A stretch of 29,233 nt of DNA from a virus. Numbering within the stretch: the stretch's first letter is position 1; every line of letters starts with the position of its first letter. The translations under genes were made by a program, and so were the position numbers. Location of the stretch: the IMG/VR virus record IMGVR_UViG_3300027933_000004; one strand, given 5' to 3'. Shown here piece by piece: positions 7,429-16,500 of the stretch. A model generated the notes under the pieces. That model did no database searches, had not been told where the DNA came from, and saw only the letters and a program-made list of their open reading frames with translations.

Positions 7429-8460
7429 ATGGAAATGTTGAACACAATTCGCCACAAAACTGCAATTTTAACCATGAATTATTCTTCCATAAAAAATGTT
7501 TCAGAAGATATAGCACAAGTTTTGAGAAAAAATGGTGAAAATGTTACAATTTCAACAAATCCGAATTTAATTCCGCAATCTGATAAATTAATAGTTTTTA
7601 TACCTTTCCATCCGCCTTCTCTAAATCCATATCTCTACGCTTTCTATCAATTTAAAGGCAAAAAATATTTTTATACAACTTGTGACGGTATACCTAATAC
7701 AAATATTATAAATCAATACTTATTAAAAGATATAGTATTTATTCCAAATTCAAAATTCTCAGCTCAAAATTTGCAAGAAGTTGGACTAAATGTTGAATTG
7801 CCAGTTTTTCACGGTATAAATTTTGAAATTGTTGAGAAAGCGGAACATTTGACCCCCCAGTTAAATGCAAAAATCGCTAAAGATTTTCCAAACACGGTTA
7901 AATTTGGAATTGTTTCAGGTCTGACAAAAAGGAAAAACATGGAGTTAATGCTTAAAGTTTTCCAAGAGATAAATACTAGAATTCCAGATTTGGCCAAGAA
8001 AGTTCACTTTTTTATAATTTCGCATAAAGACTTTAAAGATTTTGAAGTTCCTGAAAATGTGCATTTTGTTAGTGAATTTGGACTAAATCCTAGAGAATAT
8101 ATATTTGCATTTTATTCAACTATGGATTTTGTAATTGTTCCTTCTGGAACTGAGGGCTTTGGACTTCCAGTTTTAGAAAGCATGGCTATGGGAACTCCAG
8201 TTATTCACCAATTAATGGCTCCATTTGACGAATTTACATCATGGCAATGGAATTTACTAATTAAATCTTCGGAAGTTGAAGAATATTATGATAAGACACA
8301 CGGACAAAAATGGAAAATTCATAAATTTGATATTGAAGATATGATAAATGCAATAATAATAGCTACGGATTTAAAAGACAGGGATGAGCGAAGTAAGAAT
8401 TTGAAAGAATTAGCTAAAAAATACGACATTGAAAATTTATATGTAAGATTTTTCGATTGA
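7429..8460 (+). CDS. GT-B fold (GT4-like) glycosyltransferase, 343 aa
   Basis: EX7E signature EGFGLPVLESMAMGTPVI. Size and position after the MCP and Zn-finger genes fit the SIRV2 P335-type glycosyltransferase. Confidence 0.85.
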   Translation: MEMLNTIRHKTAILTMNYSSIKNVSEDIAQVLRKNGENVTISTNPNLIPQSDKLIVFIPFHPPSLNPYLYAFYQFKGKKYFYTTCDGIPNTNIINQYLLKDIVFIPNSKFSAQNLQEVGLNVELPVFHGINFEIVEKAEHLTPQLNAKIAKDFPNTVKFGIVSGLTKRKNMELMLKVFQEINTRIPDLAKKVHFFIISHKDFKDFEVPENVHFVSEFGLNPREYIFAFYSTMDFVIVPSGTEGFGLPVLESMAMGTPVIHQLMAPFDEFTSWQWNLLIKSSEVEEYYDKTHGQKWKIHKFDIEDMINAIIIATDLKDRDERSKNLKELAKKYDIENLYVRFFD

Positions 8461-8472
8461 TTTAAATTTGTC
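8461..8472 (+). promoter_or_regulatory. TATA+GTC promoter
   Basis: tttaaatttGTC. GTG 8490 is 17 nt downstream. ATG 8508 is 35 nt downstream and is preceded by GGTGGAG. Confidence 0.6.
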
Positions 8473-8507
8473 ATACTACACATGTAAATGTGGTGAAAAG
8501 GGTGGAG

Positions 8508-8927
8508 ATGAATTGTCTGGTGGTTTCAAGACATAATTTACTTTTTAAGCAAGTGCAAGATATAGAACTAGTATGCAAATCTTTTAATATTGTGCCAGTC
8601 TTGCCAACAGATTTTAATCAACTTAAAGAACAGCTCAGCGTTTATACTGCAGTTGTTGGCAATTTACCGCTTCCTTTAATAACTCAAATTCTGCAATTAA
8701 AGAAAAATGTATACACATTTAAAGTTGAGAATGTGGCAACTGTAACATATCAAACTGATTATGAAGCAGAGAAGAAAAAGGTATTAGAGAAATATATGGA
8801 TTTTAAATATTTACTAATTGTTCAAGACCCAGATTTAAAAACTAAAACATTTAGGGTTTCCAAATATGCAGGATTGCAAAAAATTGTTAAAATTGACATA
8901 ATCACGGAGGAGATAACGAAATGGTGA
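8508..8927 (+). CDS. Csx16/VVA1548-like small protein (139 aa; alternative GTG start 8490), candidate ring nuclease
   Basis: N-terminal MNCLVVSRH and a central VVGNLPLPL followed by VYTFKV resemble the h-h-[ST]-R-H and V-x-G-[TN]-L-P-h-x-L motifs I remember for the Csx16 (Cas_VVA1548) family. This is unverified. Confidence 0.7.
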   Translation: MNCLVVSRHNLLFKQVQDIELVCKSFNIVPVLPTDFNQLKEQLSVYTAVVGNLPLPLITQILQLKKNVYTFKVENVATVTYQTDYEAEKKKVLEKYMDFKYLLIVQDPDLKTKTFRVSKYAGLQKIVKIDIITEEITKW

Positions 8928-9109
8928 AGACCACAGATTTAATATTGCTAAACGTTTTACTAAAGTATGAATACGAATTATCTGCTGAACTGGTAAAAAA
9001 TGAAGACCTTAATGATGATGAAAAGACTGCAATCCTAAAGCTCATGCAAGATTTACTAGTTCAAATTAATAAATACTTAAATGTCGCAGTTCAAGAAAAT
9101 AAAAGCTAA
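8921..9109 (+). CDS. Hypothetical helical protein (62 aa)
   Basis: ATGGTGA overlap with the upstream stop suggests translational coupling. No competing ORF. Confidence 0.55.
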   Translation: MVKTTDLILLNVLLKYEYELSAELVKNEDLNDDEKTAILKLMQDLLVQINKYLNVAVQENKS

Positions 9110-9331
9110 TTATTCCAATTTCTTTTTTAATTCTTCAATTTGTTTAGCTAACTCTCTCTGATTCATTTTTAACTCTTCAATCTCATTTTTTAAATTTTGT
9201 AATTCGGAATTAACTATTTCTTTAACTGCGTCTCTTAACGCGTTCTTAATTTTAAGATAAAGTTGAACAATTGCAAATAGAGTAGTTACGAATGTAGAAA
9301 TAATTGTTAAAATAAGTGATGTTTCACTCAT
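9110..9331 (-). CDS. Small membrane-anchored coiled-coil protein (73 aa)
   Basis: N-terminal transmembrane segment LILTIISTFVTTLFAIVQLYL, then a heptad-like coiled coil. Overlaps the end of the upstream gene by 8 nt. Confidence 0.6.
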   Translation of the reverse strand: MSETSLILTIISTFVTTLFAIVQLYLKIKNALRDAVKEIVNSELQNLKNEIEELKMNQRELAKQIEELKKKLE

Positions 9332-9692
9332 CCTTTAATTCCTCCAGTTCTTCTTTTAAATCATCTAAATCTGGATTTTCTTCATTTTTGAATTTCTGAA
9401 CAGTGGAATTGACCTGTTTTGCGTAAGGCTGTGGATAAACTATCCGAAAATCTGCAATACCAATTCTATTAGTTTCAGGATCTTTTGCAATTAAAAATTG
9501 GAAATAGAAAGTAAAACCGGGAATATATAAATCTACAATCATGGGAAATTGTATAGTTTTTAAAACTATAATTGAATTTGGTAAATAACGTGATAAACCA
9601 TAAATTTGGCCTTGTAATTCTAATTCGTGAATTTTATCTATTGCAATTCTAACAGGTCCGAAAATATTTGCAAATGGGTCTTGTGCGGGCAT
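9324..9692 (-). CDS. Hypothetical protein (122 aa) with an acidic C-terminal tail
   Basis: Clean ORF with an ATG start. First gene of a two-gene minus-strand unit. Confidence 0.65.
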   Translation of the reverse strand: MPAQDPFANIFGPVRIAIDKIHELELQGQIYGLSRYLPNSIIVLKTIQFPMIVDLYIPGFTFYFQFLIAKDPETNRIGIADFRIVYPQPYAKQVNSTVQKFKNEENPDLDDLKEELEELKDE

Positions 9693-9793
9693 GTACTAAT
9701 TTTTTCAAAAAATTGTTAAAAAGCTCTCACGTGTAACGTGACATATACGTTATATATTGTATATGTTTTCGTAGTCAGTGATGTCACTCATGA

Positions 9794-9810
9794 GCGAAAG
9801 ATTTATATAT
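9794..9810 (+). promoter_or_regulatory. BRE/TATA promoter gcgaaagatttatatat (the same 17-mer recurs at 27606-27622 on the minus strand)
   Basis: Lies 31 nt upstream of ATG 9842. The exact 17-nt repeat also sits upstream of the 64-aa right-arm gene. Confidence 0.55.
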
Positions 9811-9841
9811 CTCGAAAGCGAATAGTACATAGGGAAACGAA

Positions 9842-10030
9842 ATGAGAAGTAGAAGCCAAAAAAGTAAAAAACAAAACAAAAAAGAAAATAAAATAATATT
9901 CCAAAAAGCTTATCTTGACGATCCCGAGTATAGGACTTTTCTAGTGAAATTGTATCTAAAAGAAGATAAAGATATGGAGCAGACCGTTGATGAGTTGGCA
10001 AAACTCTTTTCGTCCCTTTCTGAAGACTGA
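9842..10030 (+). CDS. Hypothetical basic/acidic small protein (62 aa)
   Basis: A promoter lies upstream. The antisense 83-aa ORF (9750..10001) is low-complexity F/Y-rich and looks spurious. Confidence 0.5.
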   Translation: MRSRSQKSKKQNKKENKIIFQKAYLDDPEYRTFLVKLYLKEDKDMEQTVDELAKLFSSLSED

Positions 10031-10086
10031 ATTTTAATTTTCTCTTTTTTATCTTCCATTTTTCTCACGTTTGTAATTCTAATTGT

Positions 10087-10200
10087 CTAACTATTTAATA
10101 TTTTCCTAGCTTTCTTAAGTATTAATTCCCTTAGCTTCTCTAATTCATCACGACTCTCAATTTCGATGAAGTAATATTCCCCGTCTTTTCCAATTTTCAT
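10087..10200 (-). CDS. Small protein (37 aa), paralogue of the 48-aa ORF at 27701..27847; not in the ORF track
   Basis: My manual translation is MKIGKDGEYYFIEIESRDELEKLRELILKKARKILNS*. It aligns with MRIVEDKDGERFLEFESKEDLEEFRKMLIEAYYELNEN. Confidence 0.45.
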   Translation of the reverse strand: MKIGKDGEYYFIEIESRDELEKLRELILKKARKILNS

Positions 10201-10218
10201 AATTATCACTTCAATTGT

Positions 10219-10362
10219 TTAACTAGTTAATATTTCTTCAATTTTCTTTTTATCAATTTTGCAAGGAATATAAAATTTCCCGTCCCATGTATTCGGATCC
10301 CTATCCCATTCTTTTCTCTTTTTAACTATCATATCTATCATCTCTTTATCTACTCGCCACAT
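10219..10362 (-). CDS. Hypothetical small protein (47 aa from ATG 10362; the track form is 64 aa from GTG 10413)
   Basis: MWRVDKEMIDMIVKKRKEWDRDPNTWDGKFYIPCKIDKKKIEEILTS. Overlaps the 3' end of the upstream P488-like gene. Confidence 0.45.
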   Translation of the reverse strand: MWRVDKEMIDMIVKKRKEWDRDPNTWDGKFYIPCKIDKKKIEEILTS

Positions 10363-11746
10363 TTTTAAAGTTTTTGTAGTAGAAAATCGGCTTATACTGC
10401 TTTGCTTTTGCACTTTTTTGAGCTATTTTTAGTGAATTTTCAACTTTTGCTTGACCCTGTATTTGTTCGCCGTATTGTTGGGCAAATTGTAAATCTGCAC
10501 TTGAAATGCCGTAAAATGACCATTTTGTTTTCCAATAATTTAAAAAGTCAGAATATGATAATGTTCTTTTTCCAGTGTTATAACTGTAATTTTGTTGATA
10601 CGGGTAACGTGCAATTTCTAAAATTGCTGATGCTATCATTTTCGCATACCACACGTTAGAATATCTCTTATTTACAACTTTCTGGACTTGTAAAAATTGT
10701 TCATACGAAACAGCATAATTTTCAATTTCTGAGCTATAAGTTATGTTTACTCCGCCCGGTGAGGGGTCATATAAATGTAGCTTAAATAGTGATCCAAATA
10801 TTGAAATTACAGTTTTATCCGCAGTGAGAATAGCTATTAAGTTTTCTAACGTGACATTTTGTGGACTAAATTCTGGAATTAACACAGTAAAATCTAAAGG
10901 CGTATAATCTAAAATCATTCCAAAAACGTTAGCAAAGTTTTGTAAAATCATGTTGTTCTCAAGTTGCACTTTATAAGTTGGCAAACTTTCAATTTCTGGA
11001 GCCAAAACACATCTATCTAACCATCCAACATCTAACGCAAAACCGCTATTTATTATATCGTTTAAGTTAGGAACAAATGAAATTAAGAATTTAGCTAAAT
11101 CTGGAAGCTGATTAAAATTGAGATTTAAAGCGTTTAATAAATCATCAACTCCCGTATTTTGAATATTAGAAAGTGAATAATTATCAACATTTGGAATTTG
11201 GATATTTCCAACTCCTAAAGTTGGAAGGTCAATACTAATATTTGAATTTGCTAAACTATTAAAATATTGTTCAAGTTTTTTACATGCGTTATTTCTATTT
11301 ATAATCGTATTTGAAGATTGATAAACTGATAAGTCAAAATCGGTTTCATCAAAAATAGCAGGCTGATAAAGAACAGAACAAAGATTTACATAATAATCGT
11401 AAAGTTGTGCAAAATCGTTAATATATCCAATTCCGGAAGTTTGACCGTAAATTGGACTTTGTCCCAGATTTAGAAAACTGAATGAATTTATATCTGGGTT
11501 AAATACTGAAATTGCTAAATTATTTAATGCAGAAAGTAAAGCCGCGATAATTGAAGCATAAGCAATTCCATAATTTGTATTAAAACCTGGAGGAACTGAA
11601 ATATTTTCAAGCGGAGTTGGTAAAACTGATTCGACTCCAGCGTTAAACATTTGCGAAAAAGCTGGAAAAGTATTTCTATTGATAACTTTTTGATATAAAT
11701 GGTATTTCATTTGAGCGATTGATCTTTGTCCTACCCGTTTTGTCAT
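10346..11746 (-). CDS. Minor structural protein, SIRV2 P488 homologue (466 aa)
   Basis: Size and position fit P488. I chose the internal ATG 11746 (MTKRVGQRS...). The 42 extra N-terminal codons in the track run through the AT-rich promoter region and look non-coding. Confidence 0.8.
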   Translation of the reverse strand: MTKRVGQRSIAQMKYHLYQKVINRNTFPAFSQMFNAGVESVLPTPLENISVPPGFNTNYGIAYASIIAALLSALNNLAISVFNPDINSFSFLNLGQSPIYGQTSGIGYINDFAQLYDYYVNLCSVLYQPAIFDETDFDLSVYQSSNTIINRNNACKKLEQYFNSLANSNISIDLPTLGVGNIQIPNVDNYSLSNIQNTGVDDLLNALNLNFNQLPDLAKFLISFVPNLNDIINSGFALDVGWLDRCVLAPEIESLPTYKVQLENNMILQNFANVFGMILDYTPLDFTVLIPEFSPQNVTLENLIAILTADKTVISIFGSLFKLHLYDPSPGGVNITYSSEIENYAVSYEQFLQVQKVVNKRYSNVWYAKMIASAILEIARYPYQQNYSYNTGKRTLSYSDFLNYWKTKWSFYGISSADLQFAQQYGEQIQGQAKVENSLKIAQKSAKAKQYKPIFYYKNFKNVASR

Positions 11747-11847
11747 AGTTATTAATTCGGAAAAAATGAAAATAAAGACCCAACACGCATATATTATATA
11801 ATGTATATTGCATGGTCGCCTTGCACGTGTGTTATACGTAATAAAAA

Positions 11848-11860
11848 GTATATATATGTC
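11848..11860 (+). promoter_or_regulatory. TATA+GTC promoter
   Basis: gtatatatatGTC lies 20 nt upstream of ATG 11881. Confidence 0.6.
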
Positions 11861-11880
11861 ATACCTTGTCATAAATATTG

Positions 11881-12339
11881 ATGGACTTAAAATTTAGAAT
11901 TGAAGAAGCAAAAGATAAGGAGGTATTGAAATTATTAAGAATGCTTATTGACTTTTATCATAGCCAAGGAATGCCCTCCGGAGGAGGTGCGGGGAAAAAC
12001 TCGCGATATTTTATGTATTTAGCTAATGATGGCGAACAAAATTTTATAGTTGCAGTTGCATGGTTACACGATAATACGCCCTTCCGCTTTATCGCCCAAC
12101 AATATAAAATACCGACTGACAGAAGTTATTTTATTCGCAGAATTACAAAAACGGCTCCAGGAGATTATGCCGTTAACTTTTTAGTTGATTTAGCTCAAAA
12201 ATTAAAAAATGATGGGTTTGAAGTATTATGGACTTTAGGATTTCCAGATCATTCTAATGCTTTATACAAAAAAGCCGGATTTCAACAAGTTGGAGAAACA
12301 AATAGAACTAAGCATCCAGTTTTTGTTAAAAAATTATGA
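11881..12339 (+). CDS. GNAT-fold (acyl-CoA N-acyltransferase-like) protein, 152 aa
   Basis: C-terminal NALYKKAGFQQVGE matches the GNAT motif-B pattern a-x-x-l-Y-x-K-x-G-F. A preceding beta-alpha stretch RRITKTAPGDYAVNFLVDLAQKL could be motif A. The start was moved from TTG 11878 to ATG 11881. Confidence 0.7.
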   Translation: MDLKFRIEEAKDKEVLKLLRMLIDFYHSQGMPSGGGAGKNSRYFMYLANDGEQNFIVAVAWLHDNTPFRFIAQQYKIPTDRSYFIRRITKTAPGDYAVNFLVDLAQKLKNDGFEVLWTLGFPDHSNALYKKAGFQQVGETNRTKHPVFVKKL

Positions 12340-12627
12340 ACTTGCACTCTTAATTCTTTTAGCGTCATACACTGCTTTAAGCATAGCAATAAATATTTTA
12401 AATGTATTATCATCTTCAATAATATTCCCAAACAAATACGCAAAATAAATAATTAGTGAGAGCAAATCAATTTTTTCTTCCGTGTAATTTTCTAACATAT
12501 CGTAAAATGCGTAGTCAAGGTAAGAAACTTGTTTTTCTACAATTTTTATAGTTTCATCATCTATGTTGAGAACTGCTCTAAAAAATTGCACCATTCTGTT
12601 TAAAGTTAAATCCATGATTATCAGCAT
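12334..12627 (-). CDS. Hypothetical protein (97 aa; alternative ATG 12615, 93 aa)
   Basis: A TATA+GTC box lies at 12643-12658. Start 12627 is 15 nt and start 12615 is 27 nt after the GTC. The antisense 63-aa ORF is rejected. Confidence 0.6.
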   Translation of the reverse strand: MLIIMDLTLNRMVQFFRAVLNIDDETIKIVEKQVSYLDYAFYDMLENYTEEKIDLLSLIIYFAYLFGNIIEDDNTFKIFIAMLKAVYDAKRIKSASS

Positions 12628-12642
12628 TTAAATTTGATGTAT

Positions 12643-12666
12643 GACAAATATAAATATAAATACGTC
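12643..12666. promoter_or_regulatory. Divergent overlapping TATA+GTC promoters
   Basis: GACaaatataaatataaatacGTC. The plus-strand GTC at 12664-12666 is 21 nt from ATG 12688. Confidence 0.6.
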
Positions 12667-12687
12667 ATGACCTTTATTTTTTAACTG

Positions 12688-13053
12688 ATGAATTTCAGAC
12701 AATCTGGAAAATACTATGAGTATAAAACTATTGAATTTTTGGAAAAAAATGGCTATAAAGCTATAAGAATTCCAGTTTCTGGAACTGGAAAACAACCAAT
12801 TCCAGATATTGTAGCGACTAAGAATAATACAATTTTTCCAATTGAAGTTAAGTCAACTTCACAAAATCATATTTATGTAGACAGTTTTCAAATTGAAAAA
12901 CTGTTTAAATTCTGTGAATTGTTCAATTTCTGTAATTGTAAGCCGTTAGTTTTAGTTCACTATAAAAAATATAAAACTGTCATAATATATAGTTTAGTCC
13001 AAGATGTCAGAAGTAAAAAGAAAATCAAATTTGAATACAGAGGTAACAGCTAA
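12688..13053 (+). CDS. hjc: Hjc-type Holliday junction resolvase (121 aa)
   Basis: Archaeal Hjc nuclease core: E..(EFLEKNGY), PDIVA, IEVKS (D-x(n)-E-x-K). Same 121-aa length as the SIRV resolvase. Confidence 0.9.
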   Translation: MNFRQSGKYYEYKTIEFLEKNGYKAIRIPVSGTGKQPIPDIVATKNNTIFPIEVKSTSQNHIYVDSFQIEKLFKFCELFNFCNCKPLVLVHYKKYKTVIIYSLVQDVRSKKKIKFEYRGNS

Positions 13054-13213
13054 ATTGTATTTAGCACTTGACGACTTAACTTTAGCATTAGCTACATGTG
13101 ACGATGAAAATATTAGAAAAAGTGAAGTTTTCCAAAAAGCTCTTGAAGTCGTGAAAATTGTTAAGGAAATGAGAAAAATGCAAGTAAAGCCAGAAGAAAA
13201 ACAAAACGAATAG
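13004..13213 (+). CDS. Hypothetical helical protein (69 aa)
   Basis: ORF overlapping the resolvase 3' end by 50 nt in another frame. No strong Shine-Dalgarno sequence. Confidence 0.45.
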   Translation: MSEVKRKSNLNTEVTAKLYLALDDLTLALATCDDENIRKSEVFQKALEVVKIVKEMRKMQVKPEEKQNE

Positions 13214-13510
13214 AATTGTATTTTTTTCGTGCTGTAGAGATGTGACGAATGGGCTAACTCTTTTGTCGTAAGACTTTTTTATATATAAACGTTTTTACGC
13301 CCTTCTTTGTCGTTAACTTAAGGCAAAAAAGCACAAATCTCCATCAGTAAAGGGTTTAAAAACTTTTCTTGTAAACTGATGGTTACGGTTTATATACTTA
13401 TCAATACAATTTCTTATCATACAAGAGAGAAAAAATAAGTAATGAAGAGTTAAAGGCTTTTTTATCCTCATATTTAGTAACATAAAAGAATTTTTACAGT
13501 TACAACAACA

Positions 13511-13537
13511 TTTATAATTTAATGATATGTATACATA
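13511..13537 (+). promoter_or_regulatory. Promoter of the P1070-like gene with a 12-bp palindrome over the predicted transcription start
   Basis: TATA tttataattt (13511-13520) lies 23 nt from ATG 13544. The palindrome tatgtatacata spans 13526-13537. There is no GTC element. Confidence 0.55.
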
Positions 13538-13543
13538 GATATC

Positions 13544-16500
13544 ATGAGTTTCCTGCTGAATCTTGGTGACTTAGGTACATTTTTTAGCGATGAATTGTCA
13601 GCGTTAGAAAATTTTGCAAATTGGGTTAGTTCAGATTTCATTAACTTTATAAATAGTATAAGCACGGATATACAAAATGCACTTTCTTTTATTGGACAGG
13701 CAATTAGCGATATTCCAACATTTATGCAAAAAATTGGTACTAACTTCTTAACTGTCTTGCAGAATTTTATACAAACTGCAATTCCAGTTATTAATGGATT
13801 TGAAAAATGGTTTTCCCAACAAATTCTAGGCCTGTTAGCCGATTTATCTTCCTTAGCATCAGATTTTATAAATAGTGCTTACAACACTTTTCAAAATGCA
13901 GTTAATACATTCGCAAATTTAGTAAATGGAGTTGTTCAAGATATTTTAAACGGATTTGGCTTAAATTTACCACATGTCGGCGGTGCGATTTTCCAAATTG
14001 CACAATTTATAACACCATTTATTGTTCCACTTACATTAGCAAAATTCTTACCTGCAATAACTGAAGGAATAGCTGACATTTTGCCAGAGATTGAAATAGA
14101 TTTAGCACCAATTGGACTTGGTGGAAAAGTTCCGCTCCGATTTGGAGAAATTGTAAAAGGAGTCGCCGAAGCCGGAGTTGATTTTTTAAACGAATTGCGA
14201 AACGATATACAAAGCACACTTAAGGAGTTTATAAAGGAGCCATTTATTTCAGATTTTAAAATTACTGCGAGAGAATTATTTAATGAAATAGGACTTGGAG
14301 ATTTGCCATTTGCTGACCCGCCATTTAAAGAAATTGCAAATTGGGTGGGTGCAAGATCATTTGATGAAATTAAAGATCATCTGCAAGAAACAATTTTATT
14401 AACTGGATTTCCTGCATGGTTTACAGACGCTTATTTAAACTCTCCAATTGATGACTTTATTCCTGGAAATCCGTTATTTAGACCAGTAAATATAAGAGAT
14501 ATAATTTTAGCGTCACAATATGGAATTTTGAATTTTGACGCTGTTTCCAAATACGCATATAACAATTTGATAACTCCGAAAACTGCTAAATTAATGTATA
14601 CTAATCAAACAGCTAGACTTTTGCAAAGAGCAGTTGAAGAAGGAATTAGACAATTTATAGTTTCTCCAGAAAAAGCTTATCAAGAAATAATACAAAATGT
14701 AAATTTAGCTGGAAAGGATCTATTTTTAAAAGTTTTTACTCTTGAGTATAATTACGCAGTCCAAAGAATTGTAAGACAGTTTTTAAGAAGTTTGTTATCA
14801 AGGGCCTTAACAAATTTCGGAAGGCCTTACATAGACCTAAAGTTTTTAGAAACTACAGTTCAAAAGTTATTTAAAGAATTAAACTATCCAACTCAAGTTC
14901 AAGACGTTTTTAACGTGATGATAGAACAATCCCAAATAGTTTATACTAATCAATTACTTTTGACACAATTGGAACAAATTACTAAGTTAGGAATATTTGA
15001 CGAGAAGAAGATAAAAGCACAATTAAAAGCTAATAAATTTGATGAAGCAATTGCACTAACAATTTTACAGTTTGAACTTCAATATGTGCAATTACAACAC
15101 ATTCTTAAAGAGATTCAATCTAAACTACAAAATTACATTATTAGCATAAGTGATGCAGAAAAAGAGTTAAAAGCTTTAGGATTTGATTCTTCTATAATTT
15201 CTGAAACAATTTTTGAATATCAAACAGTTCCATTAACAAAATATCAAATTTCACAGATTGAGAATTTGGCGAAAAAAGGATATATTTCAACTGATGAAGC
15301 TAAAAAGCAATTACATGCGTTAGGCGTTATTGCTGAGTTTGAAAATATATTTGTTAATTACGTAAACCAAGACATTACAATATCTTCGACCTTGAACGTA
15401 TTAAAACAACAATTGCGGAACTTCTTAATTGATTTAAAATCTGCAGAAACCGAGTTGAAGAAATTAAAAATAAATGAATCGTTAGTAAACGAGATAATAC
15501 AAGAAGAGTATATTACAAATATTACTAAATTACAATTATCGTTAGTTGAGACAATAGCTAAAACGCTTTATTACGATCAGACCCAATTAACTGGCGAACT
15601 TTCTAAAATTTTGAAGGATAAAAACGCAGTTGAAGTTTACGCACAAAAGTTTTACTTCGAGTATATATTTCCAAAACTTGTAAGTTATTACACACAATTA
15701 GCAAGACACGGTATTACTTCCAAGATTTCTAATTTGCCAAAAGAAATTGTGGAGTATGAAATTAATCCAGAAATTCAAATTTTCCAACTTACAACAGAAT
15801 TAGAATATATAAAATCGTTATTAAAAGATTTACAAATAACTTCAGATAAAGCAGTTCAAGAATTGGAGAGATTAGGAATGCAAAAAGATATAGCTAATTT
15901 ATTTGTGCAAACTTATATTCCAACACTTTACAGTTTACATACAGTTATTGGAAATATTGTGCAAGGCCAACTTTTTAAAGTTGGGAAAGTTCCCGTCAAT
16001 TTAGGAAATGCGGAATCGGAATTGAAAAAATTAGGAATTCCTGACAATCAAATTAAAGTATTAGTGGAACAATATGCCTCCAGTTTTGGTTTAGAAATTT
16101 GGAGAAAGTTCTTACCTTCACTTTCTCAAATTGAAACTGCAATAAAATACAATTATCCAATTAACCAATTAGTTGAATATTCATTTATACCATCTGAATT
16201 TCTTAACTTATATTCTAATTTATATCAATATGAATTAATTGGAATTCAAGTTCAATCATTAAAAACCGAATATATTCAATTATTAACTTATGGCGTGCAA
16301 AATATACAACTTGAAGGCCTGTTAAAGCAATATGGAATTAATGATGTTTTATTAGGAATTTTGAAATTATCGGCCCAAATTAGAAAATTGTTATTGGCTT
16401 ACCAAGAGCTTTATATTACGCCATCTAAAGCGTTATCGATTAGCGAATATGTATCAAATCCAACACAATTATTGCAAAAAGTATTTTCTGAGTTTCAAGT

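Noticed and set aside
7809-7997. 62-aa minus-strand ORF
   Set aside because: It lies inside the GT4-like glycosyltransferase gene on the opposite strand and has no signals.
9750-10001. 83-aa minus-strand ORF
   Set aside because: The product is dominated by F/Y/L runs that arise from the complement of the K/E-rich plus-strand ORF, and it runs through the promoter region.
10402-10659. 85-aa plus-strand ORF
   Set aside because: It is antisense to the P488-homologue gene.
11747-11872. 42-codon N-terminal extension of the P488 homologue in the track
   Set aside because: The extension (MTRYDIYILFITYNTRARRPCNIHYIIY...) reads through AT-rich promoter DNA. The internal ATG 11746 gives a plausible N-terminus.
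12257-12448. 63-aa plus-strand ORF
   Set aside because: It overlaps both the GNAT-like gene (different frame) and the 97-aa minus-strand gene, and it has no promoter.
13936-14219. Two minus-strand ORFs (93 and 62 aa)
   Set aside because: They are antisense within the P1070 homologue and their products are low-complexity.
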